From positions 56,234,001 to 56,298,000 of the forward strand of contig NC_042998.1 in assembly GCF_006345805.1 (NCBI RefSeq): a DNA stretch of 64,000 nt, read 5' to 3'. The notes beneath the pieces are model-generated. The model saw nothing but the letters and a program-made list of their open reading frames with translations, was not told where the DNA came from and did no database searches. Every line of letters starts with the position of its first letter. Within the stretch, counting starts at the first letter, position 1. The DNA is from Octopus sinensis. Lineage: Eukaryota. Both the position numbers and the translations under genes were made by a program. Shown here in pieces: positions 52,004-64,000 of the stretch.

Positions 52004-52404
52004 GTAAGGATGTCACTCTTATATAGCTTGTATGCGCGTTTGGTTGATTGTTTCAATGGTTGCCCTCATATCTTAGTAGCAATTCAAAATAAAAAGTCTT
52101 TTTTTTATCAATTATGACTGAGGAAAATGTTTGAATTTTGTTTTCCAAAGTTTCGCCTAACTTTCAAGTAAGTTATTTGGATATCAAGTGCACGCCTTTT
52201 TCTTCTGTTCAGCACAATCTATTCTACATGCGGAAAACAGAACTGGTTATACGAAAAACGAAGTAAAATCATGAAGCATTCAAAGTCATATGAAAACACT
52301 ATTTGTCAAGCGGCATTAATATTTGTAATAGTTAATGAGAAACGTATTCAAATACGAATTACAAACGTGGCAGAAATTTCTCTTTGTTTTCATTTACTTT
52401 TTGC

Positions 52405-54425
52405 TATTGATCAATAAAGCCATAACTGAAGACAGCCGCAGAAAGAAGAAAGGCCTCAGTATGACCTGGATCGACTACCGAAAGGCTTTTGATAGCATTC
52501 CCCACACATGGATCCTCGAAGCACTAGCCATTACCAAGGTAGCACCAATAATTATAAAATACATAAGACACTCTATGAATAAATGGCAGACAGTGCTACA
52601 GCTCCAAACAAAAGAGGGATTCGTGAAAACCAACGCTCCCCCCTATTAGAAGAGGAATATTCCAGGGAGACAGGCTCTCTCCACTCCTTTTCTGCTTAGC
52701 ATTAACACCTCTATCTGATATGCTAAACAGAACTGGATGCGGATACAAATGTTACGGCAAAACAATCAGCCACCTTTTATTTATTGGATGACCTAAAACT
52801 ATACGCTGCAAATGACAAACAGCTGGAGACACTATTAAAGACAGTACATGGGTTTACCAAAGAAATAGATATGAAAATTCGATTAGAAAAATGCGCCAAA
52901 GTAACCCTGAAAAGAGGAAAACTAGTTAAGCGTAGCAACATCACGCTAGATAAAGCCAATGAAATAAGAGAATTAGATCAAAGCCAGACATACAAATATT
53001 TAGGAATCCATGAATTAGATATGATACAACACACACAAATGAAAGAGAAAATAAAAAAAGAATACTATAGACGAGTTAGATCAATACTAAAAACAGAGCT
53101 CAATGCTAAAAACAAGATAATATGTATTAACACTTTAACCGTCCCAGTTATAAGTTACAGCTACAATATCCTTAACTGGACACTAAATGAACTAACCAAA
53201 ATAGACAGGAAAACAAGAAAAATAATAACATGATCTAGGATGCACCACCCAAAATCTGACTAGAAAGGCTATATATACTGATATAGAAAGGCTATATATA
53301 CAACGTATAGACGGTGGTAGAGGCTTTATAGAACTGGAAAACTATTATAAAATAACCACCATAGGACTGCAAAAATATCTACCCCAGAAGCAAGGAAAAC
53401 TGATACAAATAGTGGCAAAACACGAGCAAAACAAAAAACTGTTCTCAGTATTTAAGGAAGCTGACAAATACGAACAAGAAATCATACTACCTAACAAATA
53501 TGCAGAAGAAGAAGAAGAAGAAGAAGAAGAAGAAGAAGAAGAAGAAGAAGAAGAAGAAGAAGAAGAAGAAGAAGAAGAAGAAGAAGAAGAAGAAGAAGAA
53601 GAAGAAGAAGAAGAAGAAGAATGATAATAATGATTTGAAAAATCCCAGCAATGGTTGAGAAGCTCAGGACTCAAAGCAGAGACGGAGGGATTTTTAATTG
53701 CAGCACAAGACCAAAGCCTCCCCACCAGAAGTTACCAAAAACATATAATGAAAAGAAACATTACAAGTAACTGCAGAATATGTGGAGATGGACAAGAAAC
53801 AATAAATCATATTATATCTGGCTGCCTAGTTCTGGGTAAGAAGGAATATATTCACAGACATGACAGAGTTGGAACCTACATACATTGGAAGCTATGCCAA
53901 CATTATGGAATAACAACAGAAAAAAGATGGTATAAGCACACACCAGAAAAGGTCACAGAAAACGAGAAAGCAACCATACTCTGGGATATGCCGATGCACA
54001 CAGATAGAGAAATTAAGGCCAACAGACCAGATATAGTTGTCAGAGATCATGAAGAAAAAAATGCTTTCTAATTGATGTATCAATACCGGCAGATGACAAC
54101 GTGTCTCTAAAAGAAATGGAGAAACTCTCAAAATACAAAGACCTGGAAATAGAGGTAACTAGAATGTGGAACCTGAAAACAGAAACAATTCCTATCATAG
54201 TAGGTGCATTAGGCATGATAAAAAAATATTCAGACAAATACATAACAAAAACACCAGGACTTACAAACACATATAACATACAGAAAATTGCACTACTAGG
54301 CACTGCACACATCCTACGCAGAACACTTTAACCATCAGAGCATCACAACAAATCACAGCACATACCCAAGGCACACAGAGCTGTGCTCGGTAGTGAAGTG
54401 AAAGCACGCTATAAAAATAAAACTA

Positions 54426-54428
<3 letters not shown>
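52405..54428 (+). mobile_element. Dong/R4-clade non-LTR retrotransposon (RT plus restriction-like endonuclease), 5'-truncated and disrupted
   Basis: WIDYRKAFDSIPH, RRGIFQGD.LSPL, DDLKLYA, CRICG..ETINHIISGC, RHD, ANRPDIVV and KLSKYKDL; 3' end runs into (TAA)n. Confidence 0.95.
53505..53621 (+). repeat. (GAA)~39 tract inside the LINE ORF
   Basis: Pure GAA run in frame as poly-Glu, followed by TGA. Confidence 0.95.
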
Positions 54429-54489
<61 letters not shown>

Positions 54490-54492
54490 GTG

Positions 54493-54551
<59 letters not shown>

Positions 54552-54690
54552 GAAGAGTTCCACTGTTATCAAATGAACAAATATTTCGACATCTCGTGTG
54601 TCTTCCACAGGTTCAAAAATAAACTTGTCAATCTATACTTTCTGGAGGGGTAAACTCAATCCTATAAATATTATTATTATTGTTGTTGTT

Positions 54691-54812
<122 letters not shown>

Positions 54813-55289
54813 TAGTAATAATAGTTAACGGAAGCCATAACAATACCAAGCAAAAGAACGATGGACGGACAATCATAAATACTATAAAATAGTTGATTTA
54901 GAAGTTACACACACATGCACACACTACTATGCAACACCCGTCCAAAAATATACAAGAATAAGCTCATACTGTAAACACCCAACAAAATGAACAAAGCCAC
55001 AACATGCGCCACAGAAGGCCGATACCCGACAGAAGAACACAACTTGCGCCACACAAACAGCACACAAGATAAAAACTAATACAACAGAAGACTTAAACAA
55101 AATCCCATAACAAAACGTACTGATACAATATTCCCCCACCGCACACACACCCGCCAAAAAGATGCAGCACACACCACTGACCAGCACAATGGTGCAACAA
55201 ATGATGCTATAGAAAGTTGCTTGAAATTTTCAGATGTCGAGAAATAATAGTGGTGATGACGATGGTGATGAACGTTACCTTACCTCAGT

Positions 55290-56325
55290 TTATGAGAGAC
55301 TGGAGTTTCCGAAAAACTCTGGTTGTAACAGCGAAAATAAAGCTGGACCTTTAATGGAAGGTCTCTCGCTCGGCAGTGGATCAGTAACGATGTAAACTGA
55401 CCACAACTGTCATCCTAATACAGCATCGGCAGATAACAGAGTAAGGAGGAAGAAGTGGACCTGCGAAGAAAACAGGATACTTAGAAAGTGAACCTAAAAG
55501 AAGAGGGTATTAGAAAACGGATGTTAACACTTTGGAGAGAGAAAGGTATGTTTAAAGTGACTGAGCAGAGATTAGTTGATTAAGCTAATGCAATTAGGAG
55601 AAGAAAGTGGATGACAGAAATGGAGGTAGAAGATATCACAAGAGAACTGGAAAAGAAAGCCCAGGCAGTAGGAAAGACAAACAACAATATATAAAATATA
55701 TATAATAATGAAATTATTGTATACAGTGCTCAGGTGATACATTTCAACATATAAGAGATACATTTCAAACCAAAGATACATTTCAACATATAAGAGATAC
55801 ATTTCAAACCAAAGAAGAATTCAAAGAAAAAAATAATAATAGGGCTACCAATAAGGAAGGAACAACTGGCATAAGTGAGGAAGATCAGAAAATTTTAGAT
55901 GAGTTGCAGAAAGTAAGAAAATGATTGCCCGCATTAAAAGACAGCAACAGAAGAAAGCTACAAGAAATTACCAGGAAAGTAGATTCTGTTATCAAAAGGA
56001 TAGATACTAAAAATATAGAGGACAGTAACTTATTGATCTATGCAGGAGGAGTAGTAGTCACCAGAAGATTAGATATCTCACAGGGAAACATTAAAAAAGA
56101 GCAAAAGTGGAAAAAGTAGACTACAAAATAAGATGAAGACTTCAAGACAAGATCTGAGTAGAATAGAAACCTGGAAACTGAACAAGTTAGGAAAAAAAGA
56201 TGCAAATCTCCCGAGAAAAGTTATTTAGTCAAAAAGAAAGAATTTGGGACAGTGATAGAAGAGTTGAAACATCATATCATAGCAGTAGCAGGCAAACGCT
56301 CCAGATATCAGAAAAGAATAGATCA
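55290..56325 (+). mobile_element. 5' region of an R4-like LINE ORF
   Basis: RRKKWTCEEN, KRMLTLWREKGMFKVTEQRLVD and LPALKD...NLLIYAG motifs. Confidence 0.75.
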
Positions 56326-57832
56326 GGATGATGATGATGATGATAATAATCTTTGTCTTACTGTGCGAGATATTGTCTCCTAATGTTTTTGAGGAGGTGC
56401 ACAGTTATAATTCAGCCGCTTTCTGAGCTTACGAACTGTTATGAGGCATATATTATTCATTGTCAATCCTTATTAAATTCGAGATTCCCGCTTCAGGCTT
56501 ATCTTAAACCTTCAAAACACTTGAGGACAGTGTTCCACTTCTTTTTTTTTTACTGACTCCATACAATTTCCCTATTTTTTGTTTAGTGTGCTAAAACTTG
56601 ACATCAAGAAGCAACTTTATGTTTTCTGAGCCAAATTTTGAAGAAATTGATAAATATTTTATTATTCCACCAATGTATCCCCAGATGAAGAGAACAAAAA
56701 ACAATGGAACTGCTTTTTGTGAAAGACAAAAGAGGAAGCATTAAAAGAATGCATTCTTCTGAAATACTTTAGTCACAAAGAAACTACAACTGTTCAAGTT
56801 GAAGTAGTTTCTAAATTGAAACCATCATCAAATAGTACACTATACATAAAATTGATGGGATGGTCAGGGCTGGAATACTTTTAATCAAAGGTCTGTTGGA
56901 TAAGGCTCACTTATCCAACGATAACAAAAATGCTGTGCGTCAACAAGGGAGCCTCTATGTGGTCACTTGACTGACTAAATATAGCTACTACGTCCCCTTT
57001 AAATCACCTTCTACCATTTAGATAATGTAGTCCTAGATTTAATATTTCACACACGGAAGGTTCTTTATCACGAACTGTAGTTTTAGATTAATGCCCCTAA
57101 AAGACGGCTGATCATAGGAGAAATGTTTTTGTTTATAATACTACACAATCAGGTATGACCTGAAGCAAAATAGCAGTAACATCATTGAAAATATACATAT
57201 TACAGATGTACTTAAAATCGTTAATATTTCATATAGATAACTTTCTGCATCTGTATTTGCTCAAATGTGTCATATTTAGTAGTCTCAACAGAATAACTTT
57301 TACCAGTTTAAAAGCATATACATTATCTGGTTTTTTTTTCTCTCTCTTTATGGTTAGCTTATTATCTACTGGCACGAATTTAAGTTTACAATGAAAATTA
57401 TTCCATTGAAACGAAAACATGAAACAATATATTTTCCATAGCACATTTTTTGCAACATAATTGACTTATCGATGTATATTTTTCCAAACTCATATCTGAA
57501 AATTTTGACCTTATTATTCTTAGAAATTAAGATCCGAAAACTTTCATATTAGAATTCTCGTTTAAAACCACGTGAAATTCGATTATTGTTGTGTTAGTTT
57601 ACCGATATAATTAGTCAAAATCTATATATTTTGCTGTTGTTTAAGCAAAAGAAAAAAAGAAAAGAAAAGGGAAGGAAGAAAGAAATGTATTTATAATGTA
57701 TAATAGTTATTATCTCTATGAATCCTCTGCATGTGTCGATCCCGAAATCGAAACATAAATAAGCCATTTAACAGCTATGAACAAACGTAACTGACAGTAA
57801 CCGGAAAATTTCGTACAGTCTTATATTTTGGA

Positions 57833-58600
57833 ATATGACTGTGTGGTTAAAAGCCCACCTTGCAACCGCGTGATTTCGACTTCAGTCCTATTGTGCAGCA
57901 CCTTGGGCAAATGTCTTCTATTATAGCACCGGGCCGATCAGTTCCTTGCGAGTGATTTTGGTATGTATATAAATATATATACAAGAGTTGAGAAATGGAG
58001 TATAAAAGATTCAGGCTATATATGTTTCATAACGAGCGAAATCTCAGAAGTGGTAAATATCCAAGCGAGGTGTATACTGCAGGCTACACTTCAGGTCAAG
58101 GATATCTTAATTAAAAATCCTTGGCCTGAAGAGCAGACCCCTCACTTGTATATTTATCACTTCTGAGATTCGGCTCGCTATGAAATATATATATAGCCTA
58201 GATATTATTTTTGTCCATTCCTTAAACTCTTGCATTCTTATTCGCACACCCGGCAACCCTGGTCTCCTACCATGAAATATAAAAGAACTTTTTTCAGTTT
58301 ATCGTACGTCGATACGAAAAAATCCAGAAACTTCCGTCTCAATAAACACTACTGTCCCTGAGAGTTGTTATAAATATATATATATTCAAAATAATAAGAG
58401 TGACAAATTGAATATTAATTTGATTAATATCAATTTAATATCAATCTAGCATATTGAAAAATCTAAAATTTCAGAAAATATTATATTACATACATATAAG
58501 ACACACTATCTGTGTCAAGAACATTCCTTTCTTAGTGGTAAGACCATAGCGGATCTTCTTTAGCATAATGGATGTCCACTTAGAAGTAATCCCTCTTATA

Positions 58601-58657
<57 letters not shown>

Positions 58658-58830
58658 ATATACGTGTATATGTGTTTGACTCTCCTCCGCCGCTTGACAT
58701 CCGGTGTTGGTTTATTTATGTCACCCGTAAATTAGCGGTTCCGCAAAAGTGATCGATAGAATAAGAACCAGACTTAACAAAAAGAAAAGTACTATGATCG
58801 ATTTGTTCGACCAAATTCTTTATATTTCTT
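57833..58830 (+). mobile_element. SINE family C split by ~700 bp of inserted DNA
   Basis: 5' half 57833-57962; 3' half 58670-58830. Confidence 0.6.
58013..58199. mobile_element. Hairpin MITE with a nested inner inverted repeat
   Basis: aggctatatatgtttcataacgagcgaaatctcagaagtg / cacttctgagattcggctcgctatgaaatatatatatagcct; inner cttcaggtcaaggat / atccttggcctgaag. Confidence 0.8.
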
Positions 58831-59186
58831 TAGGCGCGTATTCAAACTTGTTTATCATAGAAATTACGAAAGTTTTAGTGCATTCAAACATGAAGGCATC
58901 ACTATGTATATTGAACCCCGCCCGCCCCCCACACACACGCGCTCGCTTATTGTTCGTAACAAAGACATTAGTCGGAAATTTTGAGTGCAAGGTTTAGTTG
59001 ATTAAATCGATTCTAGTACTTGCCTGATACTTCAATTCATAGATCGTAGCGGGGTAGGTAGAGGGAAGGCAAAAAGTTGATCTCGGTGTGATTCGAAATC
59101 AGACCGTAAAGAGCTGAATCACCTATCGAATCACCTATTCCCCGCTCTTATGCCCATACATGCATATACACACGAAAACTGTGCAT

Positions 59187-59222
<36 letters not shown>

Positions 59223-59420
59223 GAAAATAGTAATGCAATACGAGAGTATTGCTTTCCAGTAAAGGATTGCCCGTGAGGGTAAAATTATACATAAAAGTAA
59301 ATAAACGGCACAACGAAGTACCGATATTTACTGGAAAATAGCGAACGTAATAAATACGACGCTAATGTATAGCTTTACTGCGTATGTACTAGTAAAGATG
59401 CGTGTGTGCAACAAACATGA

Positions 59421-59456
<36 letters not shown>

Positions 59457-59754
59457 CAATGGGATTAAAAAATCCTGGCAGATATCAAGTATAAAGGATA
59501 TTAGTATAAAGGAATAAGGTGAAATTTCCAACAACAACAACAACAACAACAATAATAATAATAATGATAATAATAATAACAATAATAATAATAATAAATA
59601 CAAATTTATGAATAAAAATTATAATACAAAACAACTCAATTTTAATAAAAAGTAATACTGACAAAAAATGTTTATAGAAATAAGAATAGATCAACAAATA
59701 TATGGTATAATTCTCCATTTTCATATCCAATAGCTTCTAATATCCCTCGTAAAT

Positions 59755-60230
59755 TCTTTGCAGCACTAGATAGGTACTTCCCACTTCAAGTAAATATGGG
59801 TAATTATTTAAGGGATACACTGTTAAGTTTTCGTATTCAACCACTAGAAATTCAGCTGAGAGTATTGCTGCACAAAATAGACAGAGTATTAGAGACTATC
59901 TAAATTCTAAATCTATAAATAATTGTAGAACTGATAATATATATAGTGAAATTAACGTTATTGATAATCACTTGGAACAAGGTTTAGATTCTATAATTGA
60001 TAGAGATGCTGATAATATAGTTAGTCATTTACCTTGTATTAATATTAATTATAACAATTATAATCCAACCGTAACACCTATTTTACGGACAGGTGCTAGT
60101 AAAAATTCTTTTCACCATGAGGGCAATTCACAAGTGAACAAATCCATTTGTAATTGTGTAAAGAAAACTCGATGCCCTTTAGGAAATCAGTGTTTAAAGA
60201 AGAATATGGTATATCAATGTGGATCAAAAG
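59755..60230 (+). mobile_element. Penelope-like element C-terminal/GIY-YIG fragment, type 3
   Basis: LDRYFP...TVKFSYSTTRN, Asn/Ile-rich linker, CNCVKKTRCPLGNQCLKKNMVYQC. Confidence 0.75.
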
Positions 60231-60682
60231 AACGGACGCTTTTCTCTCTCTCTTTTCTATCTTTTCTCTTTTCAAAAAAATATTTCTCACAGCGTTCACT
60301 AATTTTCTGTCGTTCTGGTCTAACGACCCTCCATGTCTGCTTCCGTTTGGTTTCCTTGTATGTCTCCACTGTCATGTTTTTGTTCCCAACTTTGACCCTC
60401 CCCGAATCCTAAATTTTATTTAGAATTTATGGGAGCAACTGTCTTTGAAGACTCATATTGTTGCTGAATGCTCGAAATGAGGAGTAGATAGACAGCCGAC
60501 GACTGATGAAGGATCCTGTTTGATCTCGGTGTGATTTGAAATCAGACCGTCCTGTTCTCCATTTTTCTCGTTGTTTATGCATTTCATGTTGTTTGAACCA
60601 TTAGTGACGTCTTGTACCATATATGCATGCATGTATGTATGTATGTATGTATGTATGTATGTATGTATATATGTATGTATAT

Positions 60683-60753
<71 letters not shown>

Positions 60754-60761
60754 TATATATT

Positions 60762-61163
60762 GTGAAGTATATTTGCCACCTAAATGTGGCTAGCCCTTAA
60801 GGGTTGATGCTACTGTAGCTTGGAGCGCCAGTAAGACATCTTCACTATCTGTGCCCATTCAGTATTTGCAAAGGGAAGTTATCGTTCCCATAATTGTAGA
60901 ACTGATAATATATATATAGTGAAATTAACGCTATTGATAATAATTTGGAACAAGGTTTAGATTCTATAATTGATAGAGATGCTGATAATATAGTTAGTCT
61001 TTTACCTTGTGTTAATGGAAACGATGACTTCCCTTTGCAAATACTCATAGGGCACAGATAGTGTGTCAATAGCAAGGTGGAGGAGATGCCTTCCTGGGGC
61101 TACAAGCTACAGTAGCATCAACCCTTAAGGGTTAGCCACATTTAGGTGGCAAATATACTTCAC
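60762..61163. mobile_element. Fold-back element whose spacer is a copy of 59919-60043
   Basis: Arms 60762-60891 and 61013-61163; spacer 60890-61016. Confidence 0.85.
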
Positions 61164-61200
61164 GATGTCGTGCGGCTACTGTTTATACCTCGCTCAGAGA

Positions 61201-61281
<81 letters not shown>

Positions 61282-61321
61282 ATGGTATATATATTTTCTC
61301 TCCTTGTTTCTTTCTGTGTTC

Positions 61322-61357
61322 CTTTCTGTGGAGGAGCGTAGGCTCGAAACATTAAAG
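61322..61357 (+). ncRNA. Degenerate hammerhead-like motif (core CUGUGGA+G) in a short repeat related to 473-1059
   Basis: CTTT-CTGTGGA-G-GAGC-GTAG-GCTC-GAAA-CA-TT-AAAG. Confidence 0.45.
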
Positions 61358-61981
61358 AGTTTTTCACTTCCCGAGCGTTATACTAATACATCTGTTTGTT
61401 GTCTACATCTTCGTCTTTCATTTTTTTGTGTTAATTCTCCCTATATATATATAATCATAAAATGGAGGAGATCAATAGGTGGCATTCATCAACTTTTGGA
61501 CATTATATTATGTCAATTTATTTATTTATTTACTAAAATAACAATTACAACAATATACATACATGTATAGCATATTATGTTTTTCATATATAATATATAA
61601 AGATGCCAGTAATTATCAAAATATACAACATACAGGAGTAGAAATTGGGAAAATATCTTACAGCTATTTTAGCCAAGAGGCGAAAATACTTCATTCTACC
61701 TTTATCTTTCCAGTCGAATGAAGTAAATAGTGGATGAAATTGAGGTACTTGAGTGTTTCTCTAGGCTTCGTCAGAGATTTTAGAAAGTACATAAGGTTAA
61801 GTTATAAATATAAATACACACACATATACATACTTATACATATACATACCTATACATAAATACACATAAATACATATGCTTACACTTAAATGTATATGTA
61901 CATTTGCATGTATATGCATACAAAAGAATCAATTATTATTATTATTAGATGCATTATATTATTCATATATATATATACACG

Positions 61982-62013
<32 letters not shown>

Positions 62014-62219
62014 ATTAATCATATCAGGGTAATAAAAATTTTAGAAATTTCTACTACCAGTGGCCTGGCATAAAAAATAGTCAATAGACTATATAGTATT
62101 CATATAAAATACAGTGTACATTAAAACACATTAAGAGGGCTCCATCATAGGAATCCATTACGCTAGTAAGAACAGTTAAAGTCCAAATCACTAATTAGAG
62201 ATAAATTCTCGTCAGCCAC

Positions 62220-62395
62220 TAAGGGAAATGCTCAACTGGTTAAGGTCAAACAACTAACAAGCAAATCTGTGGTATTGAGCAGAATATTTGTTGTAGCCTA
62301 TCTTTTATACTAAGACAAAACAAGGTACATGATAACACTTCCAATCAGTTAAGATCAGGAGCCATGAGAGCCACTGTCTGGCACTGCATCAGGGC
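62220..62395 (-). repeat. Common interspersed SINE/LINE-tail repeat
   Basis: Recognised from memory as an octopus repeat (aatgccctgatgcagt...ttgaccttaaccagttgagc); not verified. Confidence 0.5.
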
Positions 62396-62439
62396 ATTGG
62401 TACTGCATCAGGGCATATTATTATTATTATTATTATTAT

Positions 62440-62484
<45 letters not shown>

Positions 62485-62875
62485 CAGCAGCAGTAGTAGT
62501 AGTGGTAGTTGTTGTTGTATTAGTATTAGTAATATTATTATTTTCAGTAATAGTAATCTATTCATTGGCAGTAGTATTAATATTAGTATCCTTGTTAATA
62601 TTATTAGTAATTGTAGAGGTATTAGTGGTTATAATGGTTATAATAGAGTTAGTATTGTTAGTACTAATAATTCTATTAGTATTAACATTGGCTTCAGCCG
62701 TGCACATAGTTCCCTCGGTAATGGGGATTATAGTATCTAGGTTCAAGCTAATTATAGTATTAGGGCCAGGAGTGTCCTTTATAATTAGTTTGAACCTGGA
62801 TAATATGTACGAAGAAAATCGTACCTTTATTTTAGTTCACATCATAAAAAGAGTTTCATTTGCATTAACATATAC

Positions 62876-63045
<170 letters not shown>

Positions 63046-63120
63046 ATATATAATATATATATATATATATGTTCACACACACACACACAAATTTATTGTA
63101 AAATTCAAGTTGAGTATTAT

Positions 63121-63208
63121 TTTAAGATTTGCCTTTTGGCTTGTTCAAACACCTTGCTTGAAGAAGAAGATAGGCAAAATTTAAACCATGCTTGTCATGA
63201 GAACATTG

Positions 63209-63264
<56 letters not shown>

Positions 63265-63488
63265 CTTGATTTATGCTTGCACTGATGAGTAAAGAGTGCA
63301 CCACTGCACTGATTATGAAATCACAGTGATCTGCAGATAAATTCTGTTTTTAAATGACTTGCTTCGAGAGTTGCATTCGGTACGATGTGTTTATTTATTT
63401 TAGTAGTTTTGACTTTAAGAGTCTCTCCTACCATGTGACATTTATGTGTAATAATGCCCTCTATATAAGATATATATATATATGTATG

Positions 63489-63568
<80 letters not shown>

Positions 63569-63639
63569 ATATACATATATGTATATATATCTTCTTCTTC
63601 AAGCAAGGTCTCTGAAGAAGCCAAAAGACAAAACTTAAA
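63121..63639 (+). mobile_element. Inverted-repeat-bracketed hammerhead cassette
   Basis: Arms 63121-63172 and 63588-63639; HHR at 63277-63336; internal (TA)n. Confidence 0.75.
63277..63336 (+). ncRNA. Type-I hammerhead ribozyme with an intact catalytic core; best candidate for activity
   Basis: TTGCA-CTGATGA-GTAA(AG)AGTGCA-CCAC-TGCACT(GA)TTAT-GAAA-TCACAGTGA-TC-TGCAG; all three stems pair; AUC triplet; predicted cut after 63331. Confidence 0.8.
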
Positions 63640-63776
63640 GTAATAGTCAACTTGAACTTTGCAATAAATTTGTCTCTACTCGCAGGATTGAATCAACCCA
63701 TCAATAAAAATTCCGTTATTATTTTCCATCTAACGTTAAAATAATAGATCTAATTTGTCATACTCTCTCTCACTCA

Positions 63777-63812
<36 letters not shown>

Positions 63813-63894
63813 AACAAACTCACACACACTTATATATATATATGTACATACATACACACACACGTACAAGCGAACACACACACACACATTCACA

Positions 63895-63972
<78 letters not shown>

Positions 63973-64000
63973 AGAGTAGTTGGCATTTTGCTGGTAGGTT

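Noticed and set aside
55736-55813. Four gatacatttcaa repeats with spacers, superficially CRISPR-like
   Set aside because: It is an exact 39-bp tandem duplication with alternating 9- and 6-nt spacers inside a LINE; no cas genes, and the DNA is eukaryotic.
60445-60515. TTGAAGA...ATGCTC-GAAA and a nearby CTGATGA at the PLE terminus
   Set aside because: Too degenerate to fold consistently; possibly a relic, so not counted.

Overview
AT-rich eukaryotic DNA, dense in microsatellites ((TA)n, (CA)n, (TATG)n, (TAA)n, (GAA)n) and transposons. It is very probably an octopus/cephalopod intronic or intergenic region; this rests on my recognition of the SINE families and repeat landscape and is not verified. 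I find no intact protein-coding gene, tRNA/rRNA gene or CRISPR array. Most supplied ORFs are microsatellite read-throughs or transposon fragments. Identifiable content: (1) at least four tRNA-derived SINE families; (2) R4/Dong-like RLE LINEs, one young family sitting in (TAA)n; (3) RTE and CR1/L2-type LINE fragments; (4) fragments of several Penelope-like elements (PLEs); (5) four Tc1/mariner elements (DD41D rosa, maT-like, two mariner); (6) Helitron derivatives and several MITE/fold-back elements; (7) a few candidate micro-exons of an unidentified + strand gene. Headline observation: about nine hammerhead-ribozyme (HHR) motifs from several unrelated short non-coding repeat families. Four sit inside inverted-repeat-bracketed cassettes, two sit in a tandem dimer, and one carries a covarying U3-A8 core. 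Together they look like non-autonomous PLE-dependent, retrozyme-like elements. HHRs in PLE termini are established; the activity and novelty of these particular families are untested. Some skewed tracts and duplications beside (TA)n may be long-read assembly artefacts.
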